DNA of 63,056 nucleotides, the filler included, from Psammoneis japonica (lineage: Eukaryota): assembly GCA_008632985.1 (NCBI GenBank). It is 4 parts of 4 records of this genome, joined end to end, with 100 filler letters (N's around TTAATTAATTAA, not from the genome) between each part and the next. Parts side by side here need not be neighbours in the genome. Positions count along the whole stretch, not along the records: positions 24,091 to 48,050 come from QPGO01000274.1; positions 48,151 to 59,239 come from QPGO01000362.1; 2 more parts are not named here. One strand, 5' to 3'. Below the pieces are notes generated by a model. The model did no database searches and was not told the DNA's origin. It was given only the letters and a program-made list of their open reading frames with translations. Position numbers and translations under genes: made by a program. Of the stretch, positions 37,682-48,697 are shown in pieces. Within the stretch, counting starts at the first letter, position 1. Each line of letters begins with the position of its first letter.

Positions 37682-39193
37682 TCAGTCACCACCACTTGTT
37701 CTGGCATTGTTCTTTTGCCTGGTGCGGCGTCGCTCGAATCGACTGGCCCATCTTGTGTTTGTGCTGGGGCTCTTCACGACTGAATCCCCCTGGTCAGCAC
37801 CAGAAGGGGGCAAGCAAGTCTTGTGACAAGAAGAGAAAGAAAGGTGAGACAGACGTTGACTTGACCTTTTTCCAACTTTCCCAAAGAACAATGTTGAGTC
37901 AGTTGCAAAACCCACCTTTTCCTTTGCAGGTGATCGACTTGAGAACTTGCAATGCCCCCAACCATCATGCATGATCGTCGTGGAATCCTTTGGAGGTGCA
38001 ACCCATTTGTTTCTTGTGAGCAACAGCTGCACCTTTCCTTCAGAACATTGGGACACTGTCACGCTTCGATTGCTTCCCTTGCCACAGCATTCAATCGATC
38101 GCTCACATTGGAGAGCAAGAATGGGGCCGCACACATTGGAGTCATGCCAATGCATTTTGTCGCAACCTTCACCAAAACTCACCCCACTCTCCCAGATGCG
38201 AGTGAGAACTTTTTGGAATCGCTCTTTGCGCGTGTTGTTGCTGTCATCCTTCCTCCTGACGTCTACATTAAATTCCGAAATGACTGTCCCATCCTTCACA
38301 GAAGCCAAGAGACCGCGATTGTCAGAAACCAAGAGACCGCGATTGTCAGATTTACCTTTGGCCTTCTTCTTTGGGGGCTTTGGGGGCGAACCACAAAAGC
38401 CCACAAAATTCTCCTTGGCAAAATCATGCATCAATTTGCGGAAACCAACCACACCATCTTTGAAAGCACCTTCCTCAATTAAGCCAGCTTCTCGCAGGCC
38501 CAGCATCACAGAGTTGCACCCACAGTTGCCGTCGGGTTTCACGTCCACCAAGCGACCAATCTTCCCAAGGTCGTCAACAGGCTCTAGTGAATGCTTGGAG
38601 ATGAAAGCAGATTCACAGGCAAGCCTCTTTTCGTTGTCTGCAACTTCACAAACTTTGTCCTCAGACGAATCACTGGTTGATGAGCCACTGGTTTCAATCG
38701 TCATCTTCTTGTTTCTGTCAGCGTCATCTTTCAAATCTTGGTGCTTCTTGGTGATTGGAGTCGTCGTCAATTCGATCAGCTTGTCAGCATCATCTTTCAA
38801 ATCTCGGTGGTTCTTGGTGGTTGGAGTCATCGTCATGTCTGCAATCATTGTGCCGGGACCTCCAGCTGTGGAACTCCGAGTCTGTTGTTCCTCTTCGCCA
38901 GGCCTTTGGACAACACGGGGCGATTTCAACGAACGATTGTCGCGGACTGGTGTGTTTCTGTCCGTTTGAGATGCGGAACTCACACCTGTGGCGGCTTGTG
39001 CTTCTTTTGATGTTTTTCTTTTCTTCCTTGTGGGTGCAGTTTGCGCTCCTCCCCCCTTTTGTCCGTCACGTCCCGCAATCAACTTGTCCTTGGCAGAAAC
39101 CGGAGAGTGCAAAGCAGCAGAAATTACAAAGTGAGACGTTTTCATTCTCAAACCCATGACCTTTTCATCCACCACACCCCGCCGAGCGCACAC
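37682..39193 (-). pseudogene. OTU-family cysteine protease (deubiquitinase-like), hypermutated
   Basis: Cys box 'VDVKPDGNCGCNSV' (DGNCxY-like) and distal His box 'IMHDGWGHC'. No Tyr in 503 aa. Confidence 0.75.
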
Positions 39194-40870
39194 ACCATTT
39201 CCTTTGCTTTTCCACCGCCTCCGTTTGTTCCCTTCTTCTTCTCTTCTTCTTTCTTTTTGCCCCTTGTAATTGCCGGCATGGTCGTTGTGTTGTGTTTGTG
39301 TTGCTGAGACGTGAGAATCGCTCCAAAGAGTGGGAGCGCAAGTGCAAATTGTGCTTCAGAGCACAACCTGGAGCCACAATGCAGTCACGCACACATCTCG
39401 TGCGTTGAACACACCGATGATTCTTGGCATGTTTCCAACGTGTGTGGAACTCAACCTGATGTGTTTCAGTGCACCGCATTTAGCTTGGAGCTTCCATCGG
39501 TCTAGGCACTCAAACAAACAGCATGGATGGGTGCAAGACAACCACAGTGGCCCTCACGGCAGCGTCAAAGGACAGCAGCATGCCAAAGGAAATGCTCATT
39601 GAAGCAAAGAAAAAGTCAGAGGCGGAGCCGAAACATTTGGACATTGCGACAACCAGCGTTGGAATGGATCCAGCAAAGTGCACGGCCGGTGGTGCTCCAA
39701 GCACAATGGCAGACGTGCTCAGAAAACTGGCTGGGGATCCCTTCAGTGATCCACCAAAATGCGGAACAGCGTGCTGCTTTTGACCGTTGTTGTTTTCTTT
39801 GTCTTCAAATTGTTGCTTGCATTGCTGCTTCTTTTCTTGCTCTCTGACAGGCACATGAATTCTTTGGGCGCGGAGAAAAAGGGCACGAAGCTTGCGTGTC
39901 GCTCTCTTGAGTCTCTGTTCTAACGGATCGATTGACACAATGATTGCAAACTTTCTGACAAGCTTCCAGTCGCTCACCGACAATCAAAGTCGCGTCCATT
40001 GCTCTCTCAACTTGATCACAGAGATGGGGGCATCTCTCATCACGCAGACTCAATCTGCAGAATCAACCCGCGCTCGAAAAGGACAAGTGTCAAACAAGAG
40101 TGGCCTTTGAGGCATCACCAGGGAATGATCTTGTTGTTGCCGATTGTGGTCAGCTGGAGCTGCGATGTAGAAAAGACACACTGTGGTCTTCCTTCGTTCG
40201 AGAACAAAACTTTGACACACGCAATGTCGAAACCCTTTGCCTTTGAAAATCAAGATGAACTTTGAAAAGGAACACACTGTTCTGCTCCGTTTCGTCATCG
40301 TCAATGACAACCACTTCTTGTTGAGCAGACGCCGGCGGACGCTCGCCGAAGCACTTGACAAGTGGCGACAAGAAGTCAGGGACAGCACGTTGGATGAATC
40401 ATCTTGTCCAAAGATGAGTTTGAAGAAGGCCCACAAGAACAGCACAGGAGACCAACCCAACAGCATCGACCAAAAACAGTTTTGTCGCAGGGTGCGGTTG
40501 TCACGTGTTGCTTTTCATTGCGAGGCAAGCCCCCTCAACAAATTTTCAACTTTTTTCATCATTTTAACTTCAGCGCGCCATTTGTCATGAGACTGAATGG
40601 AAAGTTTTGATGTGAACAATCAACAAAATTCGGTCATCAACCAAATCAATCGTTGAATGATCAAAAACCCACTGCGCTGCTGGGTGGACTGGCTGGCGAC
40701 ACATCGGTGCAGTCATGGTTTGTGCAGACAAAAGACCACGTGATGAGGTCATTCGATGACCGATTTGCCTGTCAGCCAAACAAAAATTGATTTTTGTTTA
40801 ACTGACAGGCAAATCGGTCACAGTCGTTGGAGCAAAAATGAGGAAATGAACGTCAATTGGCCATTGTTGT

Positions 40871-43800
40871 GGTCATTTGCATGAGACAAAAAACAGCGAC
40901 CTGAGGAAAAAAAATGGTGCTGCTGCATCCATCGCGCCGCCACCATGAATGGGTCCATGCGTCACGACACCAAACAACAGGTGCTGTCCCTCCGCCGGTG
41001 GATTCCCCCCTTCCTCCTTCGATGGCACATGTGCTGGTGGAGGCTGTTCTTCTGGTGGCATGTCAATCGAAGTGCAGCATGAATGGTCGGTTGGTGCCAC
41101 GTCGATGTCATAAAACAACAGGTCAATGGGCGGTGTGTGCAATGTGTGCACAGTCTCACCTGCGTGTGGAAAACATGCTGAAATGCTCTGTGGGAAATTT
41201 TCCACTTTTTTTCACACTTTTGACTTTTGCGTGATGTCATCGCAAGACGTTTGCATGTTCCAAAATTTTGAATTGAAAATTTCTAATTGTTCCTTTCATG
41301 GAATGTGTTGAGCGGAGTGTGGGAAACGGAAATCGCAATCGGAGCACAGCTAGAAAAAAAATCTTCCAACACTTTCAACAAGCAAAACAAGGAGTCATCA
41401 GCTGAGCGTTCCAGCAAAGCTGAGTCCCATTTCTTCAACAATTTCTAGCCCTTCTTCCACCGTCAGGCTACAATGTCGCACACCGTGATGGAGCGACCAC
41501 GCCTGCTCTCGGTCTTCACTCCAACCAACGCCAATTCTGATTCATTGATCCTGTTCACATGCGCACATGTCAAGGATGCCATTCGGCCATGCACAAGACC
41601 CAGGTCCATCACGGACACCACATTTGCACTCTCCAATGAAGACGCCGTCCAACACATCCCTGGACGCTCCTTGCCCGTGTTTTTGATCGCATCTCCATTC
41701 TCCTTCGCACTCATTCCCTTCAAAACATGTGATTTTTCCAACGTGTTGCTTCCCCTTCACATGTTCACCCTCACAGACATCGCCATTTCCAAAACGAATG
41801 ATTCCGTCTCCATGGAACTTTCCTTTGTGGAATTGACCCTTGCAGGAGCACATGTTGTTGTTTTGAGAAGCATGCACATGCTCTCCCTCACCGTGCATTT
41901 CATCTTGATGCCAGCCGCCCTTGCACTTGGATCCATGGGCATCCGTGCAAATGCCTTTTCCATGAAACGCATTGTTTTCCCACGCTCCTGCATGTCTGTC
42001 GACAGACACACACACACAACACGCACGCCAGATGCACAAGCAGAAAGTTGTCATCACAAGGCGGGGAAAACGAAAAGCGGTCCTTGCTTTTCACCATTGG
42101 CACAATCGTGTGTGCCAGCACCATCAAAATTTCCATTCTTGAAGTGCCCTTTGTGCTCGTCCCTGTGACATCAAAACAAAAAAAAGCTGCGCAAGAATGC
42201 TCACACTTCTGGCAGCTGGCTGCACTGTGCCCGATGAGCATCATCCACCAGCGCGAGCACACACATGTTGTGCGAACGAATTGCTCAGGCCTTGCCCATC
42301 AGAGTGCAATGTTCTCCCGCATCTGTGCATGTTGTCATTCTTCCACTCTCCTTTGCAGATGTCCCTGGAAAAGATGAAAGACAACTGTGAGTCTGAACGA
42401 ATCAAAAGACAACGACACGCAGAAACGCGTGCTCACCCATCGTCGCAACTCATGATTCCGCAACCTTCGCGATCTCCCACGGAATTGATGCCACCGCTGA
42501 ATTTTCCGTCTGAGAATGTCTTTTGTGTTTGACGAAGATGACGACAGATTTCAGTGGGTGATTGAGCTGGTTCATCGGCGGCGCCACTCATCATGGTCGC
42601 TGTGTTTTCATCTGTGAAAGGACTGCTGGTTGTGACGGCGCCATCCTCATCTTCCGACGACGATGCAGATGAGTCGACAGAAATGATTTGTGTGCCGCAT
42701 TTGTCCTGTCCCAAGCCCTGGCCTCAGCTTTTGGAATTCTGGTGCAAAAACAACCCACTTTTTGGGACTTTTTTTTCAAACACTGCAACGTTTTTTTGGT
42801 TTTTGTTTTTGTTGCTTTTTTTGTTTTATTTTTCACTTGTTTGTTTTTTCATGTGAGCTTTTTGTGTGAGCTTTGCAACAAACCCATGGCGACATGTTTG
42901 AACCTTGCAAGTTACCTCCTTTGACCTTGCAAGTGACCTCTGAGCCAGGGGTTGAGCATTGGCCACAACTTCTTTTCATTCATGAGTGCCCAGCCATGGC
43001 ACAAAAAAAAATGTTTTGTTTTTGTGCCGCGACTGACTCCAACAGTCCCGAGTGCTGTGAAACCCACACGGGCGGGGAGCAGACTTCCCAAGCAAGTCAC
43101 GAGTGTCCAGTCGTGGCACAAAAAAAAGTTCATTTTGTGCCACGACTGACTCCAATCCCTTTTCATTCCTGTGATGGAAACAAGCACACGCTGAGTGAGC
43201 GACAGACAGACCTCCAAGCAAAGAAGGCTGTCGCTCGCCCCGCCGCTGTTGCGGCCCACCCTTGTCCTCTTCCCTCTTGGGAGTGCTGCACTCAGCACAA
43301 GCAGAAGACATTGGCTGTCTCTCACCTTGCCCCCTCTTTGATGCTTGGCATTGTGGTGTCATCTTTGCGGAGCGCCTCTTTTTTCTTCCGGTGCCTTCAC
43401 CCCCCCTTTCTGTTTTCCCCCTTTCATGCGGCGGGCAGTCCAACAGCTCACAATGCAAGATTCAAGCCACACATCTTTGTCAATGGAGGGGTCCCACAGG
43501 TGCAAATGACTCTTCTCAAAAGCTGGCTTTTCATCCTTTGGCCATGGCTGTTGTCCTTGTTTGTCTGGCAAATGAAACAAAAACACCACTGGGGGCGGAA
43601 AATGACTCCGATGCTTCGCCTTTGTCGACAGGGACGCATTTGCTTGCTGGAGCCCATGACCCTGCCGGCGGCTCTTTTGGGGGTGGAAGCTCTTCAGGAA
43701 ACAAGGAGGGCTGGGGTGATGAGGCGCCCATGGCAAACAGAAAAGACAGACGCTGCTGACAGCGCCGCTGCTGCTGCTGATTGTGTGCCGACAGCAGAAG

Positions 43801-44212
43801 ACAAAGCAGAAGGCAGAGAGACACCACGCGCCAGAAGCTCACACTGCGCGCATGCAGACCCTGCCTGCACAGGCTGTTCAAAAAAGTCACCTCTGTTGTG
43901 CTGTCATGGCTTGTCCCAACCAGGTCAGAAAGGAGCACACTCATGGAAGCCAAACACCAAGAAGCCTTCAAGCCTTCAAGCAGACAGCAGACAGCGCTGC
44001 GGACCCTGCTGGCATGAAATGCAGGGCTGGGCGGCGAGGAGCCAGAGAGAGTGGAGAGCAGGGAGGGTCTCACAAGTTCTGCGCCAATTTGTTTTCACTC
44101 AGGAGCTTTTGACCATCGCAGGTGCAGCCTCCAAATTGTGGCCACAACACCAAAAACAGTTTGCAGAGCTGCGCTGAAGAACGGGACGACGTCCCCAGGG
44201 TTGGGGTTGGGG
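40871..44212. repeat. 3.3-kb duplicated unit, copy 1, ending in telomere-like repeats at an N gap
   Basis: Near-identical to 44276-47618. Confidence 0.95.
41440..42714 (-). pseudogene. MORN-repeat protein pseudogene, copy 1 (probably intron-containing)
   Basis: Repeats 'KCKGGW...MHGEG', 'SCKGQF...FHGDG', 'DVCEGEH' and 'NECEGEW...KHGQG' match MORN YxGxW..G..HGxG with Y read as C or H. Confidence 0.85.
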
Positions 44213-44275
44213 NNNNNNNNNNNNNNNNNNNNNNNNNNNNNNNNNNNNNNNNNNNNNNNNNNNNNNNNNNNNNNN

Positions 44276-47200
44276 GGTCATTTGCATGAGACAAAAAACA
44301 GCGACCTGAGGAAAAAAAATGGTGCTGCTGCATCCATCGCGCCGCCACCATGAATGGGTCCATGCGTCACGACACCAAACAACAGGTGCTGTCCCTCCGC
44401 CGGTGGATTCCCCCCTTCCTCCTTCGATGGCACATGTGCTGGTGGAGGCTGTTCTTCTGGTGGCATGTCAATCGAAGTGCAGCATGAATGGTCGGTTGGT
44501 GCCACGTCGATGTCATAAAACAACAGGTCAATGGGCGGTGTGTGCAATGTGTGCACAGTCTCACCTGCGTGTGGAAAACATGCTGAAATGCTCTGTGGGA
44601 AATTTTCCACTTTTTTTCACACTTTTGACTTTTGCGTGACGTCATCGCAAGACGTTTGCATGTTCCAAAATTTTGAATTGAAAATTTCTAATTGTTCCTT
44701 TCATGGAATGTGTTGAGCGGAGTGTGGGAAACGGAAATCGCAATCGGAGCACAGCTAGAAAAAAAATCTTCCAACACTTTCAACAAGCAAAACAAGGAGT
44801 CATCAGCTGAGCGTTCCAGCAAAGCTGAGTCCCATTTCTTCAACAATTTCTAGCCCTTCTTCCACCGTCAGGCTACAATGTCGCACACCGTGATGGAGCG
44901 ACCACGCCTGCTCTCGGTCTTCACTCCAACCAACGCCAATTCTGATTCATTGATCCTGTTCACATGCGCACATGTCAAGGATGCCATTCGGCCATGCACA
45001 AGACCCAGGTCCATCACGGACACCACATTTGCACTCTCCAATGAAGACGCCGTCCAACACATCCCTGGACGCTCCTTGCCCGTGTTTTTGATCGCATCTC
45101 CATTCTCCTTCGCACTCATTCCCTTCAAAACATGTGATTTTTCCAACGTGTTGCTTCCCCTTCACATGTTCACCCTCACAGACATCGCCATTTCCAAAAC
45201 GAATGACTCCGTCTCCATGGAACTTTCCTTTGTGGAGTTGACCCTTGCAGGAGTGCATGTTGTTGTTTTGAGAAGCATGCACATGCTCTCCCTCACCGTG
45301 CATTTCATCTTGATGCCAGCCGCCCTTGCACTTGGATCCATGGGCATCCGTGCAAATGCCTTTTCCATGAAACGCATTGTTTTCCCACGCTCCTGCATGT
45401 CTGTCGACAGACACACACACACAACACGCACGCCAGATGCACAAGCAGAAAGTTGTCATCACAAGGCGGGGAAAACGAAAAGCGGTCCTTGCTTTTCACC
45501 ATTGGCACAATCGTGTGTGCCAGCACCATCAAAATTTCCATTCTTGAAGCGCCCTTTGTGCTCGTCCCTGTGACATCAAAACAAAAAAAAGCTGCGCAAG
45601 AATGCTCACACTTCTGGCAGCTGGCTGCACTGTGCCCGATGAGCATCATCCACCAGCGCGAGCACACACATGTTGTGCGAACGAATTGCTCAGGCCTTGC
45701 CCATCAGAGTGCAATGTTCTCCCGCATCTGTGCATGTTGTCATTCTTCCACTCTCCTTTGCAGATGTCCCTGGAAAAGATGAAAGACAACTGTGAGTCTG
45801 AACGAATCAAAAGACAACGACACGCAGAAACGCGTGCTCACCCATCGTCGCAACTCATGATTCCGCAACCTTCGCGATCTCCCACGGAATTGATGCCACC
45901 GCTGAATTTTCCGTCTGAGAATGTCTTTTGTGTTTGACGAAGATGACGACAGATTTCAGTGGGTGATTGAGCTGGTTCATCGGCGGCGCCACTCATCATG
46001 GTCGCTGTGTTTTCATCTGTGAAAGGACTGCTGGTTGTGACGGCGCCATCCTCATCTTCCGACGACGATGCAGATGAGTCGACAGAAATGATTTGTGTGC
46101 CGCATTTGTCCTGTCCCAAGCCCTGGCCTCAGCTGTTGGAATTCTGGTGCAAAAACAACCCACTTTTTGGGACTTTTTTTTCAAACACTGCAACGTTTTT
46201 TTGGTTTTTGTTTTTGTTGCTTTTTTTGTTTTATTTTTCACTTGTTTGTTTTTTCATGTGAGCTTTTTGTGTGAGCTTTGCAACAAACCCATGGCGACAT
46301 GTTTGAACCTTGCAAGTTACCTCCTTTGACCTTGCAAGTGACCTCTGAGCCAGGGGTTGAGCATTGGCCACAACTTCTTTTCATTCATGAGTGCCCAGCC
46401 ATGGCACAAAAAAAAAATGTTTTGTTTTTGTGCCGCGACTGACTCCAACAGTCCCGAGTGCTGTGAAACCCACACGGGCGGGGAGCAGACTTCCCAAGCA
46501 AGTCACGAGTGTCCAGTCGTGGCACAAAAAAAAGTTCATTTTGTGCCACGACTGACTCCAATCCCTTTTCATTCCTGTGATGGAAACAAGCACACGCTGA
46601 GTGAGCGACAGACAGACCTCCAAGCAAAGAAGGCTGTCGCTCGCCCCGCCGCTGTTGCGGCCCACCCTTGTCCTCTTCCCTCTTGGGAGTGCTGCACTCA
46701 GCACAAGCAGAAGACATTGGCTGTCTCTCACCTTGCCCCCTCTTTGATGCTTGGCATTGTGGTGTCATCTTTGCGGAGCGCCTCTTTTTTCTTCCGGTGC
46801 CTTCACCCCCCCTTTCTGTTTTCCCCCTTTCATGCGGCGGGCAGTCCAACAGCTCACAATGCAAGATTCAAGCCACACATCTTTGTCAATGGAAGGGTCC
46901 CACAGGTGCAAATGACTCTTCTCAAAAGCTGGCTTTTCATCCTTTGGCCGTGGCTGTTGTCCTTGTTTGTCTGGCAAATGAAACAAAAACACCGCTGGGG
47001 GCGGAAAATGACTCCGATGCTTCGCCTTTGTCGACAGGGACGCATTTGCTTGCTGGAGCCCATGACCCTGCCGGCGGCTCTTTTGGGGGTGGAAGCTCTT
47101 CAGGAAACAAGGAGGGCTGGGGTGATGAGGCGCCCATGGCAAACAGAAAAGACAGACGCTGCTGACAGCGCCGCTGCTGCTGCTGATTGTGTGCCGACAG

Positions 47201-47618
47201 CAGAAGACAAAGCAGAAGGCAGAGAGACACCACGCGCCAGAAGCTCACACTGCGCGCATGCAGACCCTGCCTGCACAGGCTGTTCAAAAAAGTCACCTCT
47301 GTTGTGCTGTCATGGCTTGTCCCAACCAGGTCAGAAAGGAGCACACTCATGGAAGCCAAACACCAAGAAGCCTTCAAGCCTTCAAGCAGACAGCAGACAG
47401 CGCTGCGGACCCTGCTGGCATGAAATGCAGGGCTGGGCGGCGAGGAGCCAGAGAGAGTGGAGAGCAGGGAGGGTCTCACAAGTTCTGCGCCAATTTGTTT
47501 TCACTCAGGAGCTTTTGACCATCGCAGGTGCAGCCTCCAAATTGTGGCCACAACACCAAAAACAGTTTGCAGAGCTGCGCTGAAGAACGGGACGACGTCC
47601 CCAGGGTTGGGGTTGGGG
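44276..47618. repeat. 3.3-kb duplicated unit, copy 2
   Basis: Begins exactly at the edge of N gap 44213-44275. About ten differences from copy 1 by eye. Confidence 0.95.
44845..46119 (-). pseudogene. MORN-repeat protein pseudogene, copy 2
   Basis: Same motifs as copy 1. Confidence 0.85.
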
Positions 47619-48050
47619 CCAGGGTTGGGGTCAGGGTTGGGGTTGGGGCTGGGGTTGGGGTTGGGGTTGGGGCTGGGGTTGGGGTCAGGGTTGGGGTTGG
47701 GGTTGGGGCCGGGGTCAGGGTTGGGGTGGGGCTGGGGTCAGGGTTGGGGTTGGGGTTGGGGCCAGGGTCAGGGTTGGGGTCAGGGTCAGGGTCAGGGTTG
47801 GGGTTGGGGGCTGGGGTCAGGGGGGGGGGGTTGGGGCCAGGGTTGGGGTTGGGGTTGGGTCAGGGTTGGGGTTGGGGTCAGGGTTGGGGTCAGGGTTGGG
47901 GCCAGGGTCAGGGGTTGGGGTTGGGGTCAGGGTTGGGGCAGGGGGTTGGGGTTCAGGGTCAGGGTTGGGGTTCAGGGCCAGGGTTGGGGCTGGGTCAGGG
48001 TCAGGGTTGGGTGGGGTCAGGGTTGGGTCAGGGTTGGGTTCGAGGGTTGG
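47601..48050 (+). repeat. Degenerate telomere-type hexamer array (TTGGGG/TCAGGG/CTGGGG/CCAGGG)
   Basis: ~450 bp with 6-nt periodicity at the contig end. No TTAGGG unit and no TA dinucleotide seen. Confidence 0.9.
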
Positions 48051-48150
48051 NNNNNNNNNNNNNNNNNNNNNNNNNNNNNNNNNNNNNNNNNNNNTTAATT
48101 AATTAANNNNNNNNNNNNNNNNNNNNNNNNNNNNNNNNNNNNNNNNNNNN
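48051..48150. other. Artificial contig linker
   Basis: N-run + TTAATTAATTAA + N-run. Confidence 0.97.
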
Positions 48151-48697
48151 GAGTGACATCGAAAGAGATGGAGCTGTGAGCTGTGAGTCATTCTCACTGC
48201 AGAGGATTGTCGCCACAAACAAACGTTGTTATGATCGAACGAGAACTTCGATGGGAATTATGATGTTTCCCGGATGTCAGGCAGGTTTTCCTATCCATGC
48301 TGTGGCGGTTGTGCAACATCGGTAAATTTTGAATTTGGAATGGCAATGTTTGTGTTTTTTCGGAATTCTTTTTGGAAACAGCCTCATGAAGTGTCACAGC
48401 GAATTGTAATTGCCTCGCTTTCAATGTCTGCGGTTTTGGGGACGACGAGTCGTCATCGAAATACTGTACCGACAAAATTGTTGGATCTGATCTTGATCGT
48501 ACGGTACGTATTATTGTTCGACAGCACGATTCTCATCTCTCCAGCTTCTTTTGTTCTCTCTAATTTATGGCTACCGTGTTACTTGTAAGGAACGTCACGA
48601 GCAACGCTTGGAGTATGATGGATGAAGCGCCACGACGGGTTCCTATCAAAATCGTCGGGTGGTATTTACAAAAATTTGCGGTCGACGGACGCATTTT

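Noticed and set aside
42873..44177. 434-aa ORF (and the 408-aa copy at 46357..47583), plus antisense ORFs such as 35788..37233 and 37947..38969
   Set aside because: No recognisable motifs. They are explained by stop-codon depletion or by being antisense to other ORFs.
47457..48106. Gly/Leu/Val/Trp-rich ORFs; TTGGGG as a ciliate-type telomere or contaminant
   Set aside because: The ORFs are translations of the hexamer array. The TTGGGG+TCAGGG mix is more simply explained by decay of TTAGGG.
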